A stretch of 62,952 nt of DNA, filler included, from Octopus bimaculoides (taxonomy: Eukaryota): assembly GCF_001194135.2 (NCBI RefSeq). It is 8 parts of 7 records of this genome, joined end to end, with 100 filler letters (N's around TTAATTAATTAA, not from the genome) between each part and the next. Parts side by side here need not be neighbours in the genome. Positions count along the whole stretch, not along the records: positions 11,595 to 25,803 come from NC_068982.1; 7 more parts are not named here. One strand, 5' to 3'. Positions 11,804-24,522 of this stretch are shown here, one piece after another. The notes beneath the pieces were generated by a model, which worked only from the letters and a program-made list of their open reading frames with translations, searched no databases and was not told the DNA's origin. The translations under genes and the position numbers were made by a program. Position 1 is the first letter of the stretch. Each line of letters opens with the position of its first letter.

Positions 11804-12535
11804 GAGAAGGACTGAAGGAGTGTGAAAGAGAGGAATAGAGAGAAAAAGAGGGGAGACTGAAAGAGAGAGGGAGAGAGAGGGAGAGAGGAGGAGAGAGAGA
11901 GGGAGAGAGAGAAAGAGTGAGTGAGTGAGAGAAAAGAAGAGAAACAAAGAGAGAGAGAAAGAGAGAGACAGTGAGGGAGAGAGAGAGACAGTGAGAGAGA
12001 GAAGGAGAGAGAGAAGGAGAGAGAGAAAAAGTGAGTGAGAGAGACAAAAGGGGAGAAACAAAGAGAGAGAGGACGAGAGAGGGCGATAAAGAGGGAAAGA
12101 GAGAGAGCGAAAGGGAGAGAGAAGGAGAGAGGAAGAGAGAGAAAGAGAGAAATTGAAGAGAGAGAACAGAGAGAAAGAGTGAGAGTGAGAGAGAGAAAGA
12201 GAGAGAACAGAGAGAAAGAGTGAGAGTGAGAGAGAGAAAGAGAGAGAACAGAGAGAGAGAACAGAGAGAGAGAAAGAGCGAGAGTGAGAGAGAGAGAGAA
12301 AGAGAGAGAAAGAAAAGGGGAGCGTGAGAGAGAGTGAGAGAGAGGAAGAGAGAGAAAGAGAGAGATAGAGAGAGATGAAGAGAGAGAAAGAGAGAGATGA
12401 GGAGAGAGATGAAGAGAGAGTGAGAGAGAAGGAGAGAGAGAGTGAGAGAGAGAGGGAGTGAGAGAGAAGGAGAGAGAGAGAGAGTGTGTAAGAATGAGTG
12501 AGTGTGTGAGAGAGAAAGAGAGACATAGGAAGAGA
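11690..12535 (+). repeat. GA-rich compound microsatellite with ~39-bp internal repeats
   Basis: (GA)n tract with repeated agagagaacagagagaaagagtgagagtg; it produces the Ser/Leu ORFs on the minus strand. Confidence 0.95.
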
Positions 12536-12929
12536 GAATTATCTAAGTATATGAGGACAACTTTACTTTGAGACATTTTTCAACGTTATTTAAAACCCGC
12601 CATTAGGAAAAGAAAAAAGAGAAAGACCATTTAAAGAGATTGAAATCGTTTCGTAAATCGTTGAAAGTTCCACAAACACCGGAAACACATCTGCGACTGA
12701 CTAAACAATTTATGAGAACACATTCGACTATGATATCAACCTTTAAGCGCTTTAAACCTTTTTAAATACACCATTAAAACCAGTCTGAAATATCAAAAAA
12801 ATAAAAAATAAAAATAATAATAATAATAATAAGTGAATAAATGAATAAAAACTAAAAGAATAAAATTAAACGACAAAGACAAAAATTAAAGAAAAAAAAA
12901 CCCACATTAGTCTTTACTATCAGCCGATT

Positions 12930-13072
12930 TATACATAAATACATACATACACGCAGACACATATGTAAATGTACGAACATACATACATACATACATACAT
13001 ACATACATACATACATGCATACATACATACATACATACATACATTCATACGTACATGTATATGTATATATAA

Positions 13073-13140
<68 letters not shown>

Positions 13141-13514
13141 ATATATGTATGTATGTATGTATATATATATATATATACACATATATGTATATATATTTAG
13201 GTATATATATATATATGCATATATATGTATATATGTATATTCATATGTGTGTGCATATATATATGCATGCATACATACGTACATACATACACACGTGTAT
13301 ATATATTTACATATACCTACACACACATATATTCAAGTATTCCGAAAGCATGTCAGCTAATACGTGTGTCTTCTTGATCAGAAGTGACTTGAGGCTAAAC
13401 AACAACAACAACAACAATAACAGCAGCAGCAACAGCAGCAGCAGCAACAACAACAGCAACAACAACAATAACAACAACAACAACAACAGCAACAACTGCA
13501 GCAGCAGCAGCAGC

Positions 13515-13575
<61 letters not shown>

Positions 13576-13585
13576 GCAGCAACGA
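12930..13585 (+). repeat. Compound (CATA)n/(TA)n and (AAC/AGC)n microsatellites
   Basis: Direct reading. Confidence 0.95.
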
Positions 13586-13722
13586 CCAATCAGGGCTGAC
13601 GTAAAACTATCCAAGGAAATCTACCTATTAAATTCCTTTTTAACAAAGAAGTAAGGGTTGCCTGTAAAACTCGATGCTGTGACAAAGTATAACCGACTGT
13701 GTCATACCAGTGTGGAAGATAC

Positions 13723-13756
<34 letters not shown>

Positions 13757-14291
13757 GTCGTCGTCATTATCATCATCAGCTACTACTGTCCCCAAATATC
13801 GAAAGGTTTCTAACTTTCCCAAGGGAAAACATGACGTTGTAACTTAAAACCATCAATACTGCTATCCGTAGTAAGGATTTCCTTGTGGACCTAGCAAAGC
13901 TTTGCTCGAACCAGAATGCATACATACCTTCAAAAATAATGGTGGAACATTCTAATTAAAATGGATGTAAATATTCGTTATGAGTGACACTTGCTACTGA
14001 CGAAGCTCAATGAGGCAGATATGTACATTTAAAGATGCCGCAACCAGTGCTGGATTTTCGTCTGCTGTGTATATATTTCTGTGTTTTTTAACTCTATACA
14101 TCAGTAAGAAATGCTATCTCGGGATGAATACCGCAGTTTATTAGGCTTTCAGCGATGTATCAGTTTTTAGTATAAAACGGATATAAACACATTAGGCCAG
14201 ATACTGACTGTTCTGTGGGACAGCGAGCCAAACCATGCACTGTTGTAGAGATCAGCTGCCTGTCGAATATGAATGTCTTTTCAAAACTTAG

Positions 14292-14478
14292 GGAGAAGCT
14301 GATAGAATCGTTAACGCGTTGGACAAAATGCTTAGTAGCATTTCATCCGGCCCTATATGTTCTGAATTCCGATCTCGCTGAGGTCAACTTTGTCTTTCAT
14401 TCTTTCGGAGGTCGATAAAATAAAGTACCAGTCAAGCACTGGAGACTATGTAATCGACTTGTCCCCTCCACTCAGAAT
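14292..14478 (+). mobile_element. SINE family A
   Basis: Consensus match (gaatcgttaacgcgttggacaaaatgcttag..gaggtcaactttg..gtcgataaaataaagtaccag). Confidence 0.8.
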
Positions 14479-14489
14479 CTATGGAAACA

Positions 14490-14720
14490 AAACAAAAATC
14501 TATGGAAAAGGAGTACGTCTATGAAGACCTAATAAGAAACTTAAATCCGGGATATAGATTTTTTGTTTGTACTTGTCATCATAGGTGTATTTGTACCGAG
14601 TATCATAGGTCATTTGTACGCATTATCGTACGTACATTTGTACCAATGATCATAGGTGCACTGGGCTATGAAGCAACAGGTTTGTGTAAAGGCATAGAAA
14701 TGCCGAACAAAACAATCTGA
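14490..14720 (+). pseudogene. RLE-endonuclease C-terminal fragment of an R2/R4-type non-LTR element
   Basis: EKEYVYEDLIRNL..YRF..FVPMIIGALGY matches the ELLKNL..YKFRFIPVIIGAL motif at ~17010-17090 and the conserved P-I-I-G-A-L-G motif of RLE domains. Confidence 0.7.
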
Positions 14721-14806
14721 TTGATAACAGCTAAACATATTCAAATAGTGAGTGGTATATTGTAGCGTTGTTAGAAGGGGGTGCAGTGGGGGTTGGTCCA
14801 CTTTGG

Positions 14807-15035
14807 GTGACGCTTTTATGGGGGCGGCACATTTGGGTCTGCTGTATAAACCCTTATAAGCTTGAAGAGGGGGTAGCAAACTCAGGGACTTGTCTCGAGC
14901 GACACTTTTAGAGGAAGTGGCATTTTCGGGTCTGCTATATTGATAGGCTTGAGGGCCTAGTGGGGAAGACAAACTCAAGGCCTAACCAGGCGACGCTTTT
15001 AGGGGAAGTGTAACTTTTGGGTCTGCTGTATAAGC
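14807..15035. repeat. Degenerate tandem trimer, period 91-92 bp
   Basis: G(T/C)GAC(G/A)CTTTTA..GG..GTCTGCT(G/A)TAT starts at 14807, 14899 and 14990; the linkers share gcttga..caaactca. Confidence 0.8.
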
Positions 15036-15060
15036 CGCATAGGATCGCGGTAAAATAAAA

Positions 15061-15405
15061 GGCATCATCCTTTTTAGGCCCAAACAGAATGTGCCGTTTG
15101 CGGTGTTGGACCAGGTCAATAAAGAGTTAGAAAGACTAGAACGTCTAGTTATAATTGAAAAAGTCGACCATTCAAACTAGGCAGCTCCGACGGTTTATGT
15201 AAAGAAAAAAAATAATAAAGTAGGAGTGTGTGCGGACTTTTCTACTGGATTAGATAAGTATTTAGTCGAACACAATTATCCATTACGAAGCCCAGAAGTG
15301 TTCTCAAAACTAAATGGAGGAAAAATTTTCTCGAAGTTAGACCTCTTGGAGACCTATCTACAGATACCGGTAGAGGAAGATTGCGCACACCTTTTAACAA
15401 ATCGG
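15061..15405 (+). pseudogene. Ty3/Gypsy reverse transcriptase N-terminal fragment (K02A2.6-like), with an in-frame stop
   Basis: Frame 1 reads FRPKQNVPFAVLDQVNKELERLERLVIIEKVDHSN*AAPTVYVKKKNNKVGVCADFSTGL..YPLRSPEVFSKLNGGKIFSKLDL..YLQIPV. The TAG at 15178-15180 replaces the conserved Trp of WAAP. Confidence 0.9.
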
Positions 15406-15892
15406 AAAATCCTGCTGAAAGTACAGACCCTCCGCTCCATCCTGCTGTTGTAATAACGACAAAAGCAGCTTCTGTAGCATAGCCATTTCAAAACAGCAAT
15501 CTTTTGGTCTTTTATTAATCGAGTGGACATAATCGATATAACAGTATATCTGAAATAGGGAGAAAAAAAAGAAATAAAAATATAAAATTTCAGCTTTCAA
15601 ATGACATATGAAATAAAAAAATTGAATAAGTATCAACAAAGTTACAAGCAAANNNNNNNNNNNNNNNNNNNNNNNNNNNNNNNNNNNNNNNNNNNNNNNN
15701 NNNNNNNNNNNNNNNNNNNNNNNNNNNNNNNNNNNNNNNNNNNNNNNNNNNNNNNNNNNNNNNNNNNNNNNNNNNNNNNNNNNNNNNNNNNNNNNNNNNN
15801 NNNNNNNNNNNNNNNNNNNNNNNNNNNNNNNNNNNNNNNNNNNNNNNNNNNNNNNNNNNNNNNNNNNNNNNNNNNNNNNNNNNNNNNNNNNN

Positions 15893-16095
15893 GTGTATTT
15901 GTTCCCCTCCCCATCGCTTGACAACCGATGTTGGTGTGTTTACGTCCCCGTAACTTAACGGTTCGGCAAAAGTGACAAATAGAATAAGTACTAAGCTTAC
16001 AAAGAATAAGTCTTGGGTCGATTTCTTCGACTAAAACCCCTTAAGGTGGTATTCCAGCACAGCTGCAGTCAAATGACTGAAATAAATAATAGAAT
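15893..16095 (+). mobile_element. SINE family B, 3' half
   Basis: tttgttcccctccccatcgcttgacaaccgatgttggtgtgtttacgtccccgtaactta..cagtcaaatgactgaaa. Confidence 0.85.
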
Positions 16096-16324
16096 AAAAT
16101 AATAAGTATGTATGTGTGTATACATGTAAGTATGGGTTTTCTGTGAGCTTATCTAAGTTCTTGAGAGGGTTCAAGCCGGTTGCTAACAAAGCGACAAGAC
16201 TTTTTGCGTTAACAGTGATCCCGCTGTTTGTAAATATGTGGTTGAGTTGGTGTGTTGGTTGTACTGTCGATGTGCACACCAAAGTGAGAGCTTCTATTCA
16301 TCTAAAGAATCTCAGATGGAAGAT

Positions 16325-16460
16325 CTTTGGAATGTCTTACTAATAGATTGGATTTGAAGAATCCGCACCAATTTCTTTTGCTCTTTCTTTAAAAAAACCT
16401 AGAATTTATAGGTTCTTATGTAAATTCGTTGGTACATAACCTAATGCATCTATGATAATA
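16325..16460 (-). pseudogene. RLE non-LTR element, ORF 3' end fragment (copy 3 of the stack)
   Basis: Minus strand reads IIIDALGYVPTNLHKNL*ILGF and, after a frameshift, KKLVRILQIQSISKTFQ; homologous to 43298-43420. Confidence 0.65.
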
Positions 16461-16539
16461 GATGTATGTATGTATGTATGCATGTATGTATGTATGTATG
16501 CATGTATGCATGTATATATGTATGTATGTATGTATGAAA

Positions 16540-16650
16540 TGATAAACTTCTGGAAAGTTTTAAAGATGGCTTAGGTCTGTTGTCTTCGAATCAGCTTTCT
16601 CCTTTCTGGCTTTGAGGAGCCTAATTTCACAAGATTCGTATTTAGGCAGT
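16540..16650 (-). pseudogene. RLE non-LTR element, ORF 3' end fragment (copy 2 of the stack)
   Basis: Near-duplicate of 16880-17005 (gataaacttctggaaagtttt..cttcgaatcagcttt..tatttaggcagtg). Confidence 0.75.
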
Positions 16651-16689
16651 GTGATATATATGTTTGTATGCATGTGTGTATGTCTGTTA

Positions 16690-17355
16690 TTATTTAATTT
16701 TATTTCAAGATTTCTTGCCAATAGAGAAAGAGCCAGGTTTCTCACCTAGATGCAAGGCTCCTTCGTTGGAATTTCATCAACATTAACAGGGTATGCATGT
16801 ATATGTGCAGATTTGTAGTTCTTTGTTTTATGTATTCTCATGCATATAGCTGCATGTCTAGACATGGTCATATATACTTAAATGATAAACTTCTGGAAAG
16901 TTTTACATTTACAGTTCAAGTGATAGCTTGGTTCTGTAGTCTTCGAATCAGCTTTTTCCCCTTTGGTTTTGAGAAGCATAACTTATCAAGATTTGTATTT
17001 AGGCAGTGCCCCAATAATTACAGGTATAAACCTGAACTTGTAATCTAAATAGAGTAACTGTAGATTTTTTAATAGTTCAGCGTTGGTATTTTCACTGTTC
17101 TTTAGCTTTATGCTAACATCCGTTGGGTAGCTGATTTCCACAAGTGTACACAGTTTCTCTTCCCAATCCTGAATCACTATGTCAGGTCAATAATGCTTAA
17201 ATTTTATTGAGGTTTTCACAAGGACATTCGACCAGTACTCTTTCTTATTATAAGCGATTATGGTTTCTACCATACTGTGGGTTCTTATTTCTTTGGCCTC
17301 GAGTCTATCCTTCCCACGGATCGCATTATACAGTGTCTTAGCTACATCATGTCTC
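16690..17355 (-). pseudogene. 5'-truncated R2/R4/NeSL-type non-LTR element: RLE domain plus 3' UTR
   Basis: RHDVAKTLYNAI..EYW..V.T..K..*PDIVIQD...CTLVEISYPTD..ELLKNL..YKFRFIPVIIGAL carries the RH(D/N)..PD..D..E RLE motifs. The 3' UTR matches 43420-43625. Confidence 0.85.
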
Positions 17356-17692
17356 AGTATATGTATATGTGTGTGTGTGTGTGTGTGTAGTAAAATGGGA
17401 GAATAGTTATATACATGCATAGATAGATGAACAAACAAATATAGATAAATATAGAGAAGAGGACAAATTGATAGATATTTGTAAGTTTTATATATAAGCA
17501 ATTCTATAGGGAAATTTTGTTTAGTAATTGCATGGATAAACTCAATTATTTGAAGTTCTCTATTTACTATTTTGTGAAACACTGCAAAACATACACACAC
17601 GTGTGTGCGTGTATCGATCTATATCAATGTTTGTTTTAATATTCAGCTATAATAAAAACAATTTTACATTAATCTGATGGGTTACCCTATAC

Positions 17693-18054
17693 CAGTGATT
17701 CCCAAATTGGGGCATACGCCCCACTGGTGGGGGCCTGGGGAAATTGTGCTGGGGCATGGTGCCATAGTCACCAGGCACAAGGTTCTCACTTAAATGATTC
17801 ACTTTTTTTCTTCGTCAATAATGTACTTTTTTTGTTGTACTCCGTACTTGATAAAAGAGTTACCAATAGATTCTTCTTTATTAAATAATTGTAATAAAAC
17901 ATTAAAAATATTTAAAAAATACTAAAAATATTAGAAATATTAAAGATATTATAACATTAGAAATGAAGTTATTTTTTCCCTACCACCGGTGGAGCAAACA
18001 TTTTTCTGGAAAGTTATAGTGGGTACTGGGGGGAAAATAGGCTGGGAAACACTG
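17693..18054. mobile_element. hAT (Charlie-like) MITE, 362 bp
   Basis: TIRs CAGTGATTCCCA / TGGGAAACACTG; 8-bp TSD CCCTATAC (17685-17692) and CTCTATAC (18055-18062). Confidence 0.85.
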
Positions 18055-18166
18055 CTCTATACTTTTGTAGTGTACAAATTTATTATTCTTATGTAAGAAT
18101 CATATGTATCTGTCAACAACATGCTTATATAAGAATAATATGTCTATCTATCTATCTATCTTTTTC

Positions 18167-18364
18167 TCTTTTACTTGTTTCAGTCAATTGACCGCGGCCA
18201 TGCTGGAGCACCGCCTTTAGTCGAGCAAATCGACCCCAGGACTTATTTTTCATAAACCTAGTACTTATTCTATCGGTCTCTTTTGCCGAACCGCTAAGTT
18301 ACGGGGACGTTAACACACCAGTATCGGTTGTCAAGCGATGTTGGGGGACAAACACAGACACACA
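18167..18364 (-). mobile_element. SINE family B, 3' half
   Basis: Reverse complement of 15893-16095. Confidence 0.9.
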
Positions 18365-19190
18365 NNNNNNNNNNNNNNNNNNNNNNNNNNNNNNNNNNNN
18401 NNNNNNNNNNNNNNNNNNNNNNNNNNNNNNNNNNNNNNNNNNNNNNNNNNNNNNNNNNNNNNNNNNNNNNNNNNNNNNNNNNNNNNNNNNNNNNNNNNNN
18501 NNNNNNNNNNNNNNNNNNNNNNNNNNNNNNNNNNNNNNNNNNNNNNNNNNNNNNNNNNNNNNNNNNNNNNNNNNNNNNNNNNNNNNNNNNNNNNNNNNNN
18601 NNNNNNNNNNNNNNNNNNNNNNNNNNNNNNNNNNNNNNNNNNNNNNNNNNNNNNNNNNNNNNNNNNNNNNNNNNNNNNNNNNNNNNNNNNNNNNNNNNNN
18701 NNNNNNNNNNNNNNNNNNNNNNNNNNNNNNNNNNNNNNNNNNNNNNNNNNNNNNNNNNNNNNNNNNNNNNNNNNNNNNNNNNNNNNNNNNNNNNNNNNNN
18801 NNNNNNNNNNNNNNNNNNNNNNNNNNNNNNNNNNNNNNNNNNNNNNNNNNNNNNNNNNNNNNNNNNNNNNNNNNNNNNNNNNNNNNNNNNNNNNNNNNNN
18901 NNNNNNNNNNNNNNNNNNNNNNNNNNNNNNNNNNNNNNNNNNNNNNNNNNNNNNNNNNNNNNNNNNNNNNNNNNNNNNNNNNNNNNNNNNNNNNNNNNNN
19001 NNNNNNNNNNNNNNNNNNNNNNNNNNNNNNNNNNNNNNNNNNNNNNNNNNNNNNNNNNNNNNNNNNNNNNNNNNNNNNNNNNNNNNNNNNNNNNNNNNNN
19101 NNNNNNNNNNNNNNNNNNNNNNNNNNNNNNNNNNNNNNNNNNNNNNNNNNNNNNNNNNNNNNNNNNNNNNNNNNNNNNNNNNNNNNNNNN

Positions 19191-19663
19191 ATGAGAGAGG
19201 GAGATGAGAGAGGGAGAGAGAGAAATGAAGAATATAGTGAACAAGCAAACCATTTTAGAGAAGAGATAGAAAGAAGGAAGCGGGGAAATAGTGAAAGAAA
19301 TAAGAGAGTGTGAGGAGAGTGAGTATGAGGAGATGGATAAATAAAGGAAGAGGGAATGGGGGGGGGGTGAAATGTATGAATAGATAAAAGAGGAAAACTA
19401 AAGACGGAGAGAAAAAAGAGAACCGTAAAGAAATATGAGATAGAAAGAAGAGAGGAGCAGAGGAGTGATGGCGGAATAAGGGGAGACAGTGAGAGGATGA
19501 TAGGGTGAGATAAAGACAGACAGATCAAGGGTGGGGGGATCATAGAGAAGATAAAGTAAAAAAGGTGAGGTGCTAGAAAATGTAGAATGTTTACGTGAAA
19601 TTGTAATAGAGAAACGGGAGTGTGAAGACTCCCCTTCACATACACAGAGACAGAAGTAGATAT

Positions 19664-19712
<49 letters not shown>

Positions 19713-19718
19713 CAGACT

Positions 19719-19775
<57 letters not shown>

Positions 19776-19994
19776 GTAGGTAGATGGATAGATAGATAGA
19801 TAGATAGGTAGGTAGGTAGGTAGATAGATAGGTAGATAGATAGATGTAAGGAGGAAGGGAAGGAGACTGTGACTGATTGGGGGAGGGGACTAAGGAGAAA
19901 AAAAATGAAAATGAAAAGTGAGACGGAAAACTTTTGAAATAAGAACGATAGAGGAAAATGGTAAAAGAAAAGGAAGACAAAAGACAAGGAACTC

Positions 19995-20039
<45 letters not shown>

Positions 20040-20807
20040 CTAGTTAGACGGCTNNNNNNNNNNNNNNNNNNNNNNNNNNNNNNNNNNNNNNNNNNNNNNN
20101 NNNNNNNNNNNNNNNNNNNNNNNNNNNNNNNNNNNNNNNNNNNNNNNNNNNNNNNNNNNNNNNNNNNNNNNNNNNNAGAAGTGAAAGAAAATAGAGATGT
20201 AGCGAAGAAAAAGGAAAAGGTTGGAATAGAAATATTTAAAAAATATAGATTAGAGAAAGTGAAAGTGAAAGTAAGAAAAAAAAGTAAATGAAGAGAGAGA
20301 AAGGTAATATAACGTGTGTGAGAGGAGACGTGATGGAGATAAAAAAGAAAGAAACGATAGGAAAACAGTGAGAGAGGGGAAAATTGCAAATAATTGGGAA
20401 GAGAGTGAGAGAGAAAAGGAGAAAGAGATAGGAATGAGTTAAAAATTGAGGTGAAAGAAAAGGTAGTAAAAAGTGTGAGAGAGAAAAAGAGCAGGTAAAT
20501 ATGAGAGAGGAGGAAAGAGAGAGTCGAAGAGAAAGAAAAGATAGTGAAAGAGAAAAGAAAAAAGAGCAAGTAAGAAAGAGTGAGAAACAAATGGAGGGGG
20601 AGATTATGAAAAAAGGAAGAAAGGAAGGTGAGGCAGTAAAAGAGAAAGTGAAAGTAAACGAAAGAGACGGGGAGGAAAAAGCGAAAAATATGAAAGAGTA
20701 AGAGATAGGCAGAGAGTAAGAAGTAATGAGAGAGTGGGAGTAATAAAAAGGATAGTGAAAGAGAGTGAGGCAGAGAAAGAATAGAAAGCAGTGAATGATG
20801 GGTAGCA

Positions 20808-20846
<39 letters not shown>

Positions 20847-21245
20847 TGGAAAGGAGAGACGGAGTGAGATGTAGGGAGGTAGAAACAGATAGGAAGGCAC
20901 AGAGAGAGAGAGAAATTGGAAAGGAGAGACGGAGTGAGATCTAGGGAAGTAGATAAAGATAGGAAGGCAGAGAGAGAGAGAGAGAGAGATAAGGAGGCAG
21001 ACAGAGAGGTAATGAAAGAACGGCAAACATTGAAAGAGTGAGTAGCAGTGAGTAGGAGTTACAGTGGGAGGCATAGCGATAAAGTGGGAGACAGTGAAAC
21101 AGAGTGAGGCAGTGGGAAGAATGAGAGAGAATTAGTGAGAAAGCGTATTAGAAAGAAAGAGTTAGAAAGAGTGAATGAGAAGCAGTGAGTGAGAAAGAGT
21201 GTTATAGGGAGAAAAAGAAGAGAGAGAGAGAAAAGAGAGAGAGGC
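19191..21245 (+). repeat. About 2 kb of purine-rich low-complexity sequence with (GATA)n and a ~73-bp internal duplication
   Basis: Direct reading; gagagaaattggaaaggagagacggagtgagat occurs twice (~20840 and ~20910). Confidence 0.9.
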
Positions 21246-22222
21246 CATGTTTAGTCAAGCTGACAGGCGGCTTTAAACATCAAAGCTTTACAGATTACAG
21301 AGGAGCGAGATATTAAAGACAGACGACAATGTGGAGAGTGTGTTTTCCTCTACATTACTTAGGCTTTCAACATGAATAACAATTGAAAATAATACATTTA
21401 TAATTGACGTTTTGAAATATTTTCTTTTCTTTTCCGCTAGACACCACCACCATCTCCAACTCCCCTCCATATTTTTTTTGCTTTATCATTTNNNNNNNNN
21501 NNNNNNNNNNNNNNNNNNNNNNNNNNNNNNNNNNNNNNNNNNNNNNNNNNNNNNNNNNNNNNNNNNNNNNNNNNNNNNNNNNNNNNNNNNNNNNNNNNNN
21601 NNNNNNNNNNNNNNNNNNNNNNNNNNNNNNNNNNNNNNNNNNNNNNNNNNNNNNNNNNNNNNNNNNNNNNNNNNNNNNNNNNNNNNNNNNNNNNNNNNNN
21701 NNNNNNNNNNNNNNNNNNNNNNNNNNNNNNNNNNNNNNNNNNNNNNNNNNNNNNNNNNNNNNNNNNNNNNNNNNNNNNNNNNNNNNNNNNNNNNNNNNNN
21801 NNNNNNNNNNNNNNNNNNNNNNNNNNNNNNNNNNNNNNNNNNNNNNNNNNNNNNNNNNNNNNNNNNNNNNNNNNNNNNNNNNNNNNNNNNNNNNNNNNNN
21901 NNNNNNNNNNNNNNNNNNNNNNNNNNNNNNNNNNNNNNNNNNNNNNNNNNNNNNNNNNNNNNNNNNNNNNNNNNNNNNNNNNNNNNNNNNNNNNNNNNNN
22001 NNNNNNNNNNNNNNNNNNNNNNNNNNNNNNNNNNNNNNNNNNNNNNNNNNNNNNNNNNNNNNNNNNNNNNNNNNNNNNNNNNNNNNNNNNNNNNNNNNNN
22101 NNNNNNNNNNNNNNNNNNNNNNNNNNNNNNNNNNNNNNNNNNNNTATATATATATACATTCATACACATACATGTGCACGCCTGTATAGATATAAGCACG
22201 CACACACGAATATATATGTGTG

Positions 22223-22268
<46 letters not shown>

Positions 22269-22479
22269 TACATATATGCTGTGTGTGTGTGCATATATAT
22301 AATATATATATATATATAGTTTACATATATGCTCTGTGTGTCTAAGTGTGTGTATGAGAGGCAGACATAGAGAAGTAGAAAGGGAGGTTTGAGTGATTGA
22401 AATTAAATTTGAATTTGGAAAAACTACACTTTTATGCAAAACATACCATCAAAAACGGTAGATCTAAGCTTTTTTTCAT

Positions 22480-22547
<68 letters not shown>

Positions 22548-22702
22548 GCTACTACTGCTGCTGCTGCTGCTACTGCTGTTTTTGCACTATGAACGGCTAC
22601 CATCACAAGCAACATTTAATAAAGTCACATCATGATCATCATCACCATCATCACCACCACCATTAACATCACCGTCGCCATCTTCGTCGTCGTGATCATC
22701 AC

Positions 22703-22757
<55 letters not shown>

Positions 22758-23083
22758 GTCTACATCATCATCATCCCGGCTGTTATGGCTGTCTACTGCC
22801 GTTGTCATAGGTCAACGTTTGACGATGTCATCATCTTCGTCATCACCTTCAACATCATCCACTTCACCATCATCGTCGTCATCATCATCATCATCATCAA
22901 CATCATCATCACCATCAACTGGAATATGTGCGTTTGTGTGTGTGTGTGTGTACGAATGCAGATATATGTGTGAGTGTGTTCTGCGTGTGCGTGGTTAAGC
23001 GTGCGCATATATATATATGTATATATATATATCCTTGTGTAACTATATATACATATATACACACACATATATATATCATTGTG

Positions 23084-23120
<37 letters not shown>

Positions 23121-23345
23121 TTGTGTAACTGTATATATATATATATATATAGATATATACATCCGTGTGTAACTATATATATATACATCCGTGTGTAACT
23201 ATATATATATACATATCTATAAATGTATATGCATGTGTATGTATATAAATATATATGTATGTATGTGTGTGTGTGTGTGTGTGTGTACGTACGTATGCAT
23301 GTACGTACATATGTATGTATGTTTGCACGCATGTACGTGTATAAC
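22480..23345 (+). repeat. Compound (CTA)n/(CTG)n/(CAT)n tracts and a (TA)n-embedded tgtgtaact minisatellite
   Basis: Direct reading; (t/g)tgtgtaact recurs five times within 23030-23200. Confidence 0.9.
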
Positions 23346-23978
23346 TCCTTCACTCAACCACTTTACCTAACTGCCACATATCTCTCATACAAACATTACG
23401 TTCAACTCTCCATATTTACTCACCACCACCACAACCACTACCACCACCTCGCCCCCACAACACACATACACATACACACGCGTACATACACACCTGACGC
23501 CACATCAAAGAGCTTATTCCGCTTTCTATTTATTTTTCTGTCTATTTAGTGAGATATTAGTTTGTCGACCATTTTCGATCTCCATTTACTGTTGTGGTTG
23601 TTGTTGTTGTTGTTGTTAGTTGTTAGCTGTTTACGAGTTGTGTTGTTATTGTTGTTGTTAACAACGTCGTCATCGTTTAGCATCACCCGTAACATCGTCC
23701 TCAGCATCATCGTGCTCATCATCATCATCATCATCACCATCATCTCCATTATTTGTCGTCGACGTAGTCGTCGTCGTCGTCGCCACCACCACCACCACCA
23801 CCGCGGCCGTCGCCGCCGCCGCCACTATCAACACGACGAAGACGACAACGACCACCACCACCAAGTGACAAGATCGAAAAGTAGTAGGCCCCGAGTGAAT
23901 GGACTGATAAGTAGGAATCAATATCGTCAATACAGATACAGGCGGATAGACACACACAGACACACAGACACACACACA

Positions 23979-24017
<39 letters not shown>

Positions 24018-24522
24018 TTTCAGATCGTGACTAATAAGTGTCGCTACTACCGCCTACCATCACAGCTGTTGTTGTTGAGTAGCCCTCACCCCCACCTCAC
24101 CCCCCTCTGAAGTAAGCCCTAAGAAAGTAACCTGNNNNNNNNNNNNNNNNNNNNNNNNNNNNNNNNNNNNNNNNNNNNNNNNNNNNNNNNNNNNNNNNNN
24201 NNNNNNNNNNNNNNNNNNNNNNNNNNNNNNNNNNNNNNNNNNNNNNNNNNNNNNNNNNNNNNNNNNNNNNNNNNNNNNNNNNNNNNNNNNNNNNNNNNNN
24301 NNNNNNNNNNNNNNNNNNNNNNNNNNNNNNNNNNNNNNNNNNNNNNNNNNNNNNNNNNNNNNNNNNNNNNNNNNNNNNNNNNNNNNNNNNNNNNNNNNNN
24401 NNNNNNNNNNNNNNNNNNNNNNNNNNNNNNNNNNNNNNNNNNNNNNNNNNNNNNNNNNNNNNNNNNNNNNNNNCTTAAAAGAACGTAACACATGCAACGC
24501 CGATATTCACGTCAGTCTAAAC

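Noticed and set aside
14807-15035. CRISPR-like repeat-spacer array
   Set aside because: The spacers are homologous to each other, the repeats are degenerate, there are no cas genes and the context is eukaryotic; it is a tandem repeat.
21277-23500. TCF/LEF-like ACATCAAAG sites at ~21277 and ~23482
   Set aside because: Short motifs expected by chance in 63 kb of AT-rich DNA; no conservation evidence available.
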